Counted from the stretch's first letter, positions 8,620 through 18,314 are shown. The stretch is 64,000 nt of DNA from Armatimonadota bacterium (GCA_016235455.1 JACRKZ010000166.1:12237-76236), one strand, 5' to 3'. The notes: generated by a model not told the origin, from the letters alone. Program-made: numbers and translations.

Positions 8620-10305
8620 CTAGCGCGCGGAGAAGGGCTTGGTCTCAGTCACTGTGAAGGTGTGGGAGTCGTTGCCAATGTCCCTTGCGCCAGCGGGCAG
8701 ATCGGTCACTTCGTTGGCTTCCAGCGTGGCGGCACCGACGGCTTTGTCGTCGATGTGGATGGCTTCCTGGCCGGGCGCCTGGATGCGGTTGCGGCGGATC
8801 AGCGCGGTCTGGGGGTGGCCGCCGGTGAAGTGGATGCCGCGGAACAGCGCGCCGGCGATGGTGTTGTCCGCCAGCGTCAGGTTGTCGACCCCGGTCGACC
8901 CCGCATACAGCCACATCGCGCCACGCCGCTGCCCGGCGAAGTTGCTGCCACCACGCAGGATGCGGTTGTCGCGTATGACGGTGTCGGACAGTGGGTGCAT
9001 GGGGTAGGCGCCCGGCAGGTTCACCGTGAACGGCGACATGTAGCCGTCGGCGAAGGTGTTGCGCTCCACCAGATGGCCGCGGCCGCCGGCGATGTCGCAA
9101 CCATGGCCCCACCACGGGGCGACCACGGTGTTGAGCGTCACCGTCACGCGCTCGGTGAGGTTGGGCGAGGAAGCGTTGGACAGCACGGCAATGCCATCGT
9201 CGCCTGTGCCGCGCACATGGCAGCCGGCGACCAGCGTGTCGCGTGTGGTCAGGTTCTTGCCGTTGTTGACGTTGATGCCATCGGCATACGTCTGGCGCAC
9301 CCGGCAGTCGCGGATGGTGCCGCGTTCGCCGGCGATCCAGAAGCCGCAGTGGACATGCGTCATCCAGACCCTCTCGACCACATAGTCGTTGGCCAGGCCG
9401 ATGAAGGCGCTGGCGGTGTCGCCACGGCGGGTACAGTCGAGCGCCTCGATGGTCAGGTCGCGCACCTGCGGGCCGTTGCCTTTGAGGGCGAACCCGCCGT
9501 AGCCGCCGAACGGGCCTCTGGCCGCCGGGGCGGTGAGCAGCAGCTTGGTGTGCCACATGCCGGCGCCGTCGACCTTCACGCTGTCGAGCGTGACGCGGCG
9601 CAGGTTGAGCCAGGTGCCCGGCGGCAGCCAGACGCTCTTGCCCTCAGCCTTGGCCTGCTCCACACAGCGCTCCAACGCCTTGGTGTCGGCCTCCGCATCC
9701 CTGCCAGTGGCGCCGAAGTCGGTGATGGATAGCGAGCCCGCGGGCTGCGCCAAGGGCGCGCCGAAGGGTTCGGGCTCGACGAGATCGATGCGGTAGTAGG
9801 CGGCAGTGTCCTCGGCGTCGCGGCGCAGTGCCAGCTTGTCGCCGCGCGCTAGCGGGGTGTCGAGCCGGTAGGCGGTCTCGTCCCAGAAGACGTGCGGCCA
9901 GGCGCTCGGCGTGTTGCTTTGGCCGTTCTCGGCCGGCTTTCCCTCGCCATAGAGCCAGTTGTACCGCGAGTTGAGCGTCAGCGTCTGGCGTCGCTGGCCA
10001 TTCACGTACAGGCCGAGCGTGGCGCTTTGGCCACCGCCCTCGGGGGCGTCGGGGATGCAGTGGCGGATGACCAGGCCCTGGGCCGGTGCGCCAACGGCGA
10101 ACTCGACGCTCTGCCCGGTCTGGCTCAGCTCCACATAGCCACGACCGGCGGCCTCGATCTCGGGGGTGATCTGGTTGGGCTTGGGCAGGCCGACGAGGCG
10201 GACGACGCGGCCGTTGGTCGGTGCGTCCTCGGCCTCGAACGTGAAGGTGGATGGCGTTCGGATAGGCGCGGCAAAGACGGTCAGCAGAGCGAATATCGAC
10301 AGCAC
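8620..10305 (-). CDS. GH87-like (alpha-1,3-glucanase/mycodextranase-like) beta-helix enzyme
   Basis: FEAEDA, IRHCIPDAPEGGG-ATLGLYVNG, HVFWDE, ADGINV and GTGDDGIAV, plus parallel beta-helix repeats. GTG start at 10305 after GGAG. Confidence 0.75.
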   Translation of the reverse strand: MLSIFALLTVFAAPIRTPSTFTFEAEDAPTNGRVVRLVGLPKPNQITPEIEAAGRGYVELSQTGQSVEFAVGAPAQGLVIRHCIPDAPEGGGQSATLGLYVNGQRRQTLTLNSRYNWLYGEGKPAENGQSNTPSAWPHVFWDETAYRLDTPLARGDKLALRRDAEDTAAYYRIDLVEPEPFGAPLAQPAGSLSITDFGATGRDAEADTKALERCVEQAKAEGKSVWLPPGTWLNLRRVTLDSVKVDGAGMWHTKLLLTAPAARGPFGGYGGFALKGNGPQVRDLTIEALDCTRRGDTASAFIGLANDYVVERVWMTHVHCGFWIAGERGTIRDCRVRQTYADGINVNNGKNLTTRDTLVAGCHVRGTGDDGIAVLSNASSPNLTERVTVTLNTVVAPWWGHGCDIAGGRGHLVERNTFADGYMSPFTVNLPGAYPMHPLSDTVIRDNRILRGGSNFAGQRRGAMWLYAGSTGVDNLTLADNTIAGALFRGIHFTGGHPQTALIRRNRIQAPGQEAIHIDDKAVGAATLEANEVTDLPAGARDIGNDSHTFTVTETKPFSAR

Positions 10306-10366
10306 GGGCAACTCCAAGGTTCTGGACCTGGAGTTGCCCGCGCCGCTGCGGAGTCCTGCCGTCAGC

Positions 10367-11848
10367 TCACCCGCACCACATTCCAACCACCGTCATCCGC
10401 CCACCATCGACGGTCGGCGCCGCCAGCGTGGTCGGCACCACCGTCGACTGCGCGTCGATCGTGTTCGTCGCCAGCAGGTCGTCATGCCGCAGCACCTCGT
10501 GGCTGGCCGTCGCGAACGCGCCGAACGAGCGCGCGTCGAGGTCGACCGCCAGCGGCTCAGTCAGGCTGCGGTTGACCGCGAACAGCGTCAGGCCGCCCTC
10601 GTCGTCGCGGACGACCGACAGGCCCAGCAGGTCGGCGCCGGCGCGCTCCTTGCAGTCGTACTTGGGGCTGTCGACCAGGGCCCGGAGCACCGTGCCGCGG
10701 CCGAGCGTGGAGGCTTGTTGCAGCGGCCAGAAGATGGGCTGGCGCCAGGCGGGGCCGCCTTTCTGGGTGAGGATGGGCGCGATGACGTTGACCACCTGGG
10801 CGATGCAGCCGATCTTCACGCGGTCGCAGTGGTTGAGCAGCGTGATCAACATGCCGCCGACCACCAGCGCGTCCTCCATGGTGTACTGGTCCTCGAGGAT
10901 CGGCGGGGCCAGCTCCCAGTCCTTGATCTTGCGCTTCTCGCGGTCGTTGCTGCTGCGGAACCAGACGTTCCACTCGTCGAACGACAGCATGATGCGCTTG
11001 CGGCTGTGGCGCACGGCGGCCACGTGGTCGGCGGTGCAGACCACCTCGTCGATGAACTCGCCCATGGAATCGGGTTTGGCCAGGAAGCTGGGCGTGTCGC
11101 CCTCGCCGTTGCCGTAGTAGGTGTGGATGGAGACGTAGTCGACATGATCGAAGGTGTGGGTCAGCACCTCGCGTTCCCAGTCGCCGAACGTGGGCATGTG
11201 GCGGTGCGAGCTGCCGCAGGCGATCATTTCGATGCTCGGGTCGGTCCACTTCATCAGCTTAGCGGCCTCGCAGGCCACGCGGCCATACTCCGTGGCGGTC
11301 TTGTGGCCCATCTGCCAGGGGCCGTCGACCTCGTTGCCCAGGCACCACAGCTTCACCCCGTGCGGCTCGGCGTAGCCGTTGGCGCGGCGCAGGTCCGACA
11401 GTTCGCTGCCGCCGGGGTGGTTGCAGTACTCGACCAGCCGGCGCGCGTCCTCGGGTCCGCGGGTGCCCAGGTTGACCGCCAGCATCGGCGCGGTGCCGAC
11501 CTTGCGACACCAGGCGGCGAACTCGTCGGTGCCGAACAGGTTGGGCTCGGTGCTCTTCCAGGCCAGGTCCAGCCGGCTCGGCCGCTGTTCGCGCGGGCCG
11601 ATGCCGTCTTCCCACTGGTAGCCGGAGACGAAGTTGCCGCCGGGATACCGCATGACCGGCATGTCCAGCTCGCGCACCAGCGCCAGCACATCGCCGCGGA
11701 AGCCGTCGGCGTCGGCGGTGGGGTGGTCGGGCTCGTAGATGCCCTCGTAGATGCAGCGGCCCAGGTGCTCGGCGAAGCCACCGAACAGCCGCGGGTCGAC
11801 GCGGTCGATCACGAAGTCGCGGTCAACGGTCACCTTGGCGGTCAGCAT
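10367..11848 (-). CDS. abfA: GH51 alpha-L-arabinofuranosidase (C-terminus apparently frameshifted)
   Basis: GGFAEHLGRCIYEGIY, RYPGGNFVSGY, WCLGNEVDGPWQMG, SFDEWNVW and IAQVVNVIAP. Confidence 0.93.
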   Translation of the reverse strand: MLTAKVTVDRDFVIDRVDPRLFGGFAEHLGRCIYEGIYEPDHPTADADGFRGDVLALVRELDMPVMRYPGGNFVSGYQWEDGIGPREQRPSRLDLAWKSTEPNLFGTDEFAAWCRKVGTAPMLAVNLGTRGPEDARRLVEYCNHPGGSELSDLRRANGYAEPHGVKLWCLGNEVDGPWQMGHKTATEYGRVACEAAKLMKWTDPSIEMIACGSSHRHMPTFGDWEREVLTHTFDHVDYVSIHTYYGNGEGDTPSFLAKPDSMGEFIDEVVCTADHVAAVRHSRKRIMLSFDEWNVWFRSSNDREKRKIKDWELAPPILEDQYTMEDALVVGGMLITLLNHCDRVKIGCIAQVVNVIAPILTQKGGPAWRQPIFWPLQQASTLGRGTVLRALVDSPKYDCKERAGADLLGLSVVRDDEGGLTLFAVNRSLTEPLAVDLDARSFGAFATASHEVLRHDDLLATNTIDAQSTVVPTTLAAPTVDGGRMTVVGMWCG

Positions 11849-11995
11849 GTCGGTCTCCCAGCGGCGGAGTATAGCGAATCGCGACCGACGTGGCGACGGG
11901 TTGAGCGGATAGGTCAACTATTCGCTGCTCGCGCCGCCGATGCGGCCAAAGGGATGCAGCGACCGACACCGTATCTGCCTCTGGAGTAACCTGAG

Positions 11996-13855
11996 ATGGG
12001 CGGCGAGCGGAATGAAGAAGCGCGATGGCCGGGCGACCTGCGCCTCGCGGTCTGTGCGCTCGTGGCCTGGCTCTGGCTCTGGCTACGGGTCGACCCGAGC
12101 GGCATGTATCACGGCTCGGGCCTGACTCTGCTGCCCACGTACAGCGTCGATCCCGTGTCCCGCGCGGGCCAGTTGGCGCTCATCGGCGGGCCGCTGGGTT
12201 ACGCTTCGGCCTGGCTGGCGCAGTGGTTCGTCTGGCCAGCGGCGGGGGCGGGGCTGCTGACGCTCTGCGCACTGGCCGCGGCGTTGGCGGCCGATCGTGC
12301 CGCCACCTGCCTGGCCGGGAAGCGCGTGCCCGGTGTGCGCTACGTGCCGTGGCTGATGTTCCTGTTGGCCGATGGCCAGTACCTCTACCTGCTCGACTGG
12401 CAGGCGGGCTGGGCGGTGGCGCTGGGCGCCGCGGCCACCTACCTGTCATGGTCGCAGCCACGGCCGGCGGTGCGAGCCCTGGTCGGGCTGGCCGCGCTGG
12501 CGGCCCTGTACCGCCTGTTGGGCGGCGCGGCGCTGGTGGCGGTGCCGCTGGCCGCTGTCGGCGAGACGCGCTGGCGCGGGAGGCGTTGGGTGTCGGTAAC
12601 CGCGGTCGTCGCGGGTCTGGCCATGCCGTGGGTGGCTTGCCGGCTCGGCTTCGACCAGGCGCCGGCCCAGGCCTACCGCAATCTGCTGCCACTCGCTGCC
12701 TTCAACGACCAGTTCGGCATCGCCCGAGCCATCGGCTTGGGCATGTTGGCCTTCGGCGTGCTGGCCGGCGCGCTGGCGGTCAGCACCGCGACTCAAGCGC
12801 GGCGGGCACCGCGGCCGGCGGTGGCTTGGGCTGGTGTCAGCGCCATGCTGCTGCTGGTGCTCGTCGGCTTTCGCGACGGGTCGCAGGCGGTGAGCCTCGA
12901 TCTCTGCCGCCGGGCCGCGGACGGCGACTGGGCCGGGTTGCTGGCCTCCTCCCAGCGGTTGGAGCCGCTGACTCGGACCTGCTGGGAGGACGCCAACATT
13001 CTGCTGGCGCTGGCGCATACCGGGCAGGTGGGCGACCAGCTCCTCGCGCGCGGCGTGCGCACGCTGGCCTTCCTGCGCGACGCGCCCGTCTTCGGCGACC
13101 AGGTGGCGGTCACGCGCATGAGGGGCCAAGGCGGGCTTCAGTTGCGTGATCTGATGCTCGACCTCGGCCTGGTGAACCACGCCGAGCACGACAACGAGGA
13201 GGCGCTGGAGACTCAGGGCATCTACGCGCCGGTGGCGGTGTCGATGGCGCGCATCCAGGTGCTCCAGGGCCGGCCGGAGACCGCGCGTGTGCTGCTGCGC
13301 CTGGCCGCCGCGCAGCCGGGCGATCCGGCTGGCGCCGGTCGACTGCTGCACGCCCTGCGCGGCGACCCCAGCCTGGCGGGCGACCCCGCGCAGGTGGCGC
13401 TGAGTCAGAACCGGCTGCACACCGACCTGTACCGGGCCGCGCAGCTCCTGCCGGTGCTGGAGCAAGCGACGATCGAACACCCCGAGAACCGCCTCGCCTG
13501 GGAGTACCTGATGGCCGCCTGCCTGCTGTTCAATGAGGTGCCGCGGTTGGTGGCCGCGTTGCCTCGGATGACGGCCTATGGCCGCACGGCGCTGCCCCGG
13601 CACTGCGAGGAGGCTGTGCTCTGTCACGAACTGCTCACGGGCCGGCCGGCCGAACTGGGCCGCTGGTCGGTGCGGCCGGAGGCGCGGGCGCGGTTCGCTG
13701 CGTTCGGTCAGGCGCTCGGCGGCGCCGACAGCGTGGCGGACGCACTGTGGCAGCCGAACCACCCCAAGCCCAACGCGGCGCGCGTCTGGCAGGGGGCGTG
13801 GACCGATACCTACTACTACTATCGCCTGTTTGGCATGTCGGGGGCGGTGCGATGA
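11996..13855 (+). CDS. DUF6057-like integral membrane protein with TPR-like soluble C-terminus
   Basis: About 9 hydrophobic segments; C-terminal HPENRLAWEYLMAACLL, PRHCEEA and DTYYYY motifs typical of that family; coupled to the next gene by an ATGA overlap. Confidence 0.7.
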   Translation: MGGERNEEARWPGDLRLAVCALVAWLWLWLRVDPSGMYHGSGLTLLPTYSVDPVSRAGQLALIGGPLGYASAWLAQWFVWPAAGAGLLTLCALAAALAADRAATCLAGKRVPGVRYVPWLMFLLADGQYLYLLDWQAGWAVALGAAATYLSWSQPRPAVRALVGLAALAALYRLLGGAALVAVPLAAVGETRWRGRRWVSVTAVVAGLAMPWVACRLGFDQAPAQAYRNLLPLAAFNDQFGIARAIGLGMLAFGVLAGALAVSTATQARRAPRPAVAWAGVSAMLLLVLVGFRDGSQAVSLDLCRRAADGDWAGLLASSQRLEPLTRTCWEDANILLALAHTGQVGDQLLARGVRTLAFLRDAPVFGDQVAVTRMRGQGGLQLRDLMLDLGLVNHAEHDNEEALETQGIYAPVAVSMARIQVLQGRPETARVLLRLAAAQPGDPAGAGRLLHALRGDPSLAGDPAQVALSQNRLHTDLYRAAQLLPVLEQATIEHPENRLAWEYLMAACLLFNEVPRLVAALPRMTAYGRTALPRHCEEAVLCHELLTGRPAELGRWSVRPEARARFAAFGQALGGADSVADALWQPNHPKPNAARVWQGAWTDTYYYYRLFGMSGAVR

Positions 13856-15369
13856 CCCGACGACGATGGCTGGTCCTGGCTGGCGTGGCCGTGGCACTGG
13901 CGGCGGCCATCGCCACCCGCCTGCCGGGCCCGAGGCCCAGCGGTCAAGTGGCTCAGGAAGCTGCGGCGCCGCGGCTGTGGCCAGCGCTCGACGGCGTCGT
14001 GCTGCCGCCGAACATCGCGCCGCCCGGCCTGCGCATCGACGAGCCGGGCACAGCCTGGCACGTGCTGGTCAAGGGCGAGCGTGGCGCTGCGGTGCAGGCC
14101 TCGGGCACGCGGCCCGGACTGAGCCTGCCCCTGCGCGGGTGGCGCCGCCTGCTGGCGGCCAATGCCGGCGGCCAGTTGGCGCTGGTCGTCAGCGCGCGCC
14201 GGGCGGCAGGCGGCTGGACGCGGTACGCGCCGGTGGCGCTGAGCGTGGCTCGCGAGCCGATCGACCGTTACCTGGTCTACCGCATGTTGCCGCCGGCCTA
14301 CAGCCTGGTCTCCGATACGGGTATCTACGAGCGCGACCTGACCAGCTACCGGCAGCGTCTGGTGGTCCACGGTCGCCAGGTGAACGGCTGCGTCAACTGC
14401 CACACGTTCTGGCAGGGCTCGGGCCGGCGCTTCACGCTGGGCACCCGCAGCGACACCTGGGGCAACCGGACGCTGCTGGCCAACGGCGGCAAAGTGGTCT
14501 CGCTCGCGCAGCCTGTGGGCTTCGGCACGTGGCACCCCGACGGCAAGATGGTGACCTTCTCGGCCAACAAGGTGGTGCAGTTCTTCCACACGGCCGGCAA
14601 CGAGACGCGTGAGGTGATGGACATGCACGGCGCGCTGGCCTGCTTCGACATCGCGCAACAGCGCTTCGTCAGCAGCCCCGAGCTGTCTCAGCCCGAATAC
14701 CTGAACAGCTATCCGTGCTGGGCACCGGATGGCCGCACACTCTACTTCGTCCGCGCGCGCCGGCCGTGGGGGCCCGGTGAGCCCTATCCGCCGAAGCAGT
14801 ATGACCAGGTGCGCTACGACCTGGCGCGCATCAGCTACGACCCGGCGACGAGCACCTGGGGCCATGTCGAGACGCTGCGTTCGGGCCGGGCGGCGGGCCG
14901 CAGCTTCGTCTTCCCGCGCGTCTCGCCCGATGGACGCTGGTTGCTCTACACATCGTGCGAGTTCGGCTGCTTCCCCGCCTTCAAGGCGTCAGCCGACCTG
15001 GGTCTGATCGACCTGCGCACCGGACGCGACCAGCCGGTCGAGGTCAACAGTGACCGGTCGGAGAGCTGGCACACCTGGTCACGCAACGGTCGCTGGGTCG
15101 TGTTCTCCAGCAAGCGCGCCGACGGCCTGCTCACCAAGCTCTACCTGGCCTACTTCGATGCCGACGGCCGGATGCATCCGCCGTTGCTGCTGCCCCAACG
15201 CCGAGCCGACTACTACGACCGGCTGTACCACAACTACAACGTGCCCGAGTTGGTCGAATCGCCGGTGGCGGCCTCCGCTGGTCAGCTCGGTCGGGCCGGT
15301 CGTGAGCCGACGCAGGTCAAGGCCAAACTGCCAGACGGTGTCGGACCCGCGGCAGTCACCGCGCAGTGA
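13852..15369 (+). CDS. TolB-like/PD40 propeller protein with a CxxCH motif
   Basis: N-terminal anchor; LPPNIAP, YLVYRML, CVNCH, WHPDGK, WAPDGR, VSPDGRW, ESWHTWSRNGRWVVFSSKR and YNVPEL. Confidence 0.8.
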   Translation: MTRRRWLVLAGVAVALAAAIATRLPGPRPSGQVAQEAAAPRLWPALDGVVLPPNIAPPGLRIDEPGTAWHVLVKGERGAAVQASGTRPGLSLPLRGWRRLLAANAGGQLALVVSARRAAGGWTRYAPVALSVAREPIDRYLVYRMLPPAYSLVSDTGIYERDLTSYRQRLVVHGRQVNGCVNCHTFWQGSGRRFTLGTRSDTWGNRTLLANGGKVVSLAQPVGFGTWHPDGKMVTFSANKVVQFFHTAGNETREVMDMHGALACFDIAQQRFVSSPELSQPEYLNSYPCWAPDGRTLYFVRARRPWGPGEPYPPKQYDQVRYDLARISYDPATSTWGHVETLRSGRAAGRSFVFPRVSPDGRWLLYTSCEFGCFPAFKASADLGLIDLRTGRDQPVEVNSDRSESWHTWSRNGRWVVFSSKRADGLLTKLYLAYFDADGRMHPPLLLPQRRADYYDRLYHNYNVPELVESPVAASAGQLGRAGREPTQVKAKLPDGVGPAAVTAQ

Positions 15370-15412
15370 CCGCCGGCTTGGCGCCGCGGGTGGCGCTCCT
15401 GCCGGCAGGCGA

Positions 15413-15487
15413 CCTCGGTAGGCGCGCGCCAGACGCCATGGAGAGTCGCCCTCGGCCGCCCTCCAGGGTGTCTGGCGCTAGCCGAGG
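15413..15487. repeat. Long imperfect intergenic inverted repeat between convergent genes
   Basis: Nested pairs cctcgg...ccgagg, gcgccagac/gtctggcgc and tggag/ctcca. Confidence 0.55.
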
Positions 15488-16774
15488 CTACGGATACAGC
15501 GCCATCAACGCATCCGCGAACAGCTTCATGCCGTGCGGATCCGGATGGTTGATGGCGTTGGACAGCAGCGTCGAGTAGGGGATGCCCTGGCGCCACAACC
15601 TGCCCCAGCGCAATGACGCGTCGGCCAGGGCGATGTTGTGCTTGGCGGCGAAGGCGCGCAGCCCGGCCACGTAGGGACGCGGGTCGGCATCGATGTCGCG
15701 TTCGCGGTCGAGCCCCATCCAGTCGCCGCGCACGTAGTGCGGCGTGATGATGATCCACTCGGCGCCGATGCCCTGGAAGTCTCCGAGCAGCTTGGTGTAC
15801 TTGGTCTCCACCACCTCGGGCGTCATGTAAGCGTCGTTGACGAACTCGGAGACGATCAGGTCAGGCTTGCAGCCCAGCACCTTCTCGGCGTAGTTCCACT
15901 GGCTGCCGGCCGGCTCGCCCAGGAAGCTGTCGGTGTTGCGACCGCCCCAGCCCAGGTTGATCAGCTCGATGTTGGCCTTTGGGAAGCGCTCTTTGAGGCG
16001 CGTGACGAACTGCGCCTGCCAGCGCTGCGTGGCCGGATTGGGCAGGTAGCCCGCGTCGGTGACGCTGTCGCCCCAGGCCAGAATGCGGATCTTCTCGCCC
16101 GACTGCAGCTTGGCCAGGCTCTTGGGCGTGAGCTTCTCGGCGATGCTCGGCGTGGGCTTGGCGGCCTCGGGGTAGGCCGCCTCGAGCACGGGCAGGATGC
16201 TGGCGGGCACCAGCCTTTCGGCGCGGCCGGGCACCCAGATGTTGACCACGCGGGTTTCGCCCTCGCCCAGCGGTGTCTGCTGCGGCAGCGACTGGTGCGG
16301 CTGACCGATGCGGTAGGCTGGCCGGCCGTCGCGGGCGATGACCACGCTGTCGATGCGGCCCATGCCATGACGGTAGCTCATCCACACCGGCTTGCCGTCG
16401 GGCCAGCCATCGGCCAGGCGGCCCACGGTGCCCCAGTCCAGGTCGGCTTCGTAGTCCTTGCCCTTGACCAGCGCCGGCGCGTCGGGCGTTGGCCCACCGC
16501 GCAGCACGAGCGTGTCCGGGAACAGGTAGGTGCGCGCGGAGCACTCGTCGGACTTGATGCCGCGCAGCACGACGCCCTTGCACCAACCGCCGGCGCCAGG
16601 GTTGAAGACTGGCAGCGAATCGTACTTCTCGCCGGTCACCACGGCGCCCGAGGCGACCGGCACGGTGTAGGTGTAGGTGGCCTCGCCCGCGACCACGCGG
16701 ATGGACCAGTCACCCACGACTTCGACGTTGGGCGCGGCCAACAGGGCCAAGGCAGGCAGACAGAACAGCGTCAT
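15488..16774 (-). CDS. Secreted SGNH/GDSL esterase with an N-terminal beta domain
   Basis: Blocks AWGDSVT, GWGG, EFVND and NAINHP; start ATG 16774. Confidence 0.85.
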   Translation of the reverse strand: MTLFCLPALALLAAPNVEVVGDWSIRVVAGEATYTYTVPVASGAVVTGEKYDSLPVFNPGAGGWCKGVVLRGIKSDECSARTYLFPDTLVLRGGPTPDAPALVKGKDYEADLDWGTVGRLADGWPDGKPVWMSYRHGMGRIDSVVIARDGRPAYRIGQPHQSLPQQTPLGEGETRVVNIWVPGRAERLVPASILPVLEAAYPEAAKPTPSIAEKLTPKSLAKLQSGEKIRILAWGDSVTDAGYLPNPATQRWQAQFVTRLKERFPKANIELINLGWGGRNTDSFLGEPAGSQWNYAEKVLGCKPDLIVSEFVNDAYMTPEVVETKYTKLLGDFQGIGAEWIIITPHYVRGDWMGLDRERDIDADPRPYVAGLRAFAAKHNIALADASLRWGRLWRQGIPYSTLLSNAINHPDPHGMKLFADALMALYP

Positions 16775-16806
16775 CGTCGTCTCCCGAGTCGCGGAACCCG
16801 AGCAGC

Positions 16807-16886
16807 GCACATCCGCAGATGACGCAGATGAACGCAGATGGTTCTGTGTTCTCATCTGCGCTTATCTGCGTCATCTGCGGATGTGC
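16807..16886. repeat. REP-like palindrome built from CGCAGAT units
   Basis: Perfect 23-bp arms gcacatccgcagatgacgcagat / atctgcgtcatctgcggatgtgc, plus an inner cgcagatg/catctgcg pair. Confidence 0.9.
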
Positions 16887-16911
16887 TTCTCGCAGTGCAC
16901 GGGGTGCAGGC

Positions 16912-18033
16912 CTAGATCGTCGTCGGGTCGCCGTGGCGAGGCGGCAGCGGGTGAGGCCGGACCAGGGCGCCGCCCTGTTCGTAGCTCTCGATGGCAGCCC
17001 AGGTGTACTCCAGCACAGCCAGGGCATCGCGGCCCGAGGCGCGCAGGTTCTGCGGCGAGACACCGTTGGTCACGTCTTCGAGGAAGGCGTGGATGCGCCG
17101 CGGGAAGGTCTGGCCGAAGTCGGTGATACCGGTGTTGGTCTCTTCGACACCACCGGTGCCGCCGCCGGACATCTTGCTCGGGTCACCGGCCTTCTCGGCG
17201 CCAGGCGCGGGCCAGTAGGTGATCTTCTCGATGCAGTTCTCGATGCAGAAGGCGCCCTTGGTGCCCGACAGCTCGAAGCTCCACCAGCCACCCAGGCCAT
17301 ACGGCGCGTCGCCGCGCTGGCTCAGCAGGTAGCCTAGCGCGCCGCTCTCGAACTGCAGGTGGATGCTGACGCTCGAGACCATCACGTCGCCCGCCTGCCG
17401 ACGCACGCCGGGGCGGTTGGCGAAGCACTGCACGTGGGTCACGTTGCCGCAGTAGTGGCGCATGACGCTGAAGGGATGCGTCAGAAAGGCCTTGAAGTGC
17501 GCGTAGGGGAAGCCCCACCAGCGCGGATCCTTGTTGGGGGCGTAGTTGTACTCGCCACCAGAGAAGCCCATCTTGTGCAGGCAGTAGACCAGCTCGCCCA
17601 CCTGCCCGTTCCTGATGTATTCCTCGCCCTTGGCCGCGGTCTCGGTGAAGAAGTGGTTGAGGTTGCAGCCCAGCAGCAGGTTCTTCTCCGCGGCCTTGGC
17701 CACCATCTGCCGAGCCTCGGTGATCTCGTTGCTCAGCGGCTTCTCGCACAGCACGGCCTTGCCGGCTTCGAGCGCTTCCATGGTGGGCTCAAAGTGCCAG
17801 GAGCCGTTCTCGAAACCGCCGGTGGTGACGTCGACGATGTCGAGGTCCTCGTTGCGCAGCATGTCGGTCAGCGAGTAGTAGGCCTTCACGCCATACTTCT
17901 CCGCGGCCTCGTCAGCCCGCGCCTTGACCACGTCGCACACCGCCACCAGATCCGCCAGGTCATCGTCCGTGTGGCACTGGGCGTGGTGGTTGCCAATGCC
18001 TCTCAAGCCGACCACGCCGACCTTCAACGCCAT
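16912..18033 (-). CDS. Gfo/Idh/MocA family oxidoreductase
   Basis: MALKVGVVGLRGIG Rossmann start; VLCEKPL. Confidence 0.9.
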   Translation of the reverse strand: MALKVGVVGLRGIGNHHAQCHTDDDLADLVAVCDVVKARADEAAEKYGVKAYYSLTDMLRNEDLDIVDVTTGGFENGSWHFEPTMEALEAGKAVLCEKPLSNEITEARQMVAKAAEKNLLLGCNLNHFFTETAAKGEEYIRNGQVGELVYCLHKMGFSGGEYNYAPNKDPRWWGFPYAHFKAFLTHPFSVMRHYCGNVTHVQCFANRPGVRRQAGDVMVSSVSIHLQFESGALGYLLSQRGDAPYGLGGWWSFELSGTKGAFCIENCIEKITYWPAPGAEKAGDPSKMSGGGTGGVEETNTGITDFGQTFPRRIHAFLEDVTNGVSPQNLRASGRDALAVLEYTWAAIESYEQGGALVRPHPLPPRHGDPTTI

Positions 18034-18314
18034 GGGTATCTCCCTATCCTGGGCGCCGCATCCGAGTGCGTCGCGTTGGTAGGATCGGTTCCGCGCGGCC
18101 GGTCGGGGTCCTTCCCGCGGGTTAGGATTACCGGGCCAGTTCGTAGCACATGCGGGCCAAGGTGGCAGTTGCAGCGCCGTTGCCGGACGTTCACAACCTG
18201 GCAGCAAAGCGCGCTGAACCGTGTCCCGACGGCCGCGTCTCATGGTGCCGAAGTGGTTTCGTGGCCCGGGATGGTCCGAGCCGCGCTCGGTTCAGTCAAC
18301 AAGGAGACACGACG

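Noticed and set aside
7384-9732. Long antisense ORFs (also 10166-11989, 21694-24279, 24300-27410, 37009-39627, 51114-53414)
   Set aside because: They mirror well-supported genes on the opposite strand; such stop-poor frames are expected at this GC content and show no motifs.
16807-16886. Possible CRISPR array
   Set aside because: Short units in inverted arrangement with no spacers and no cas genes.
18150-18215. Possible sigma54 promoter (TGGCA...GC)
   Set aside because: The GG-to-GC spacing does not fit the -24/-12 consensus.
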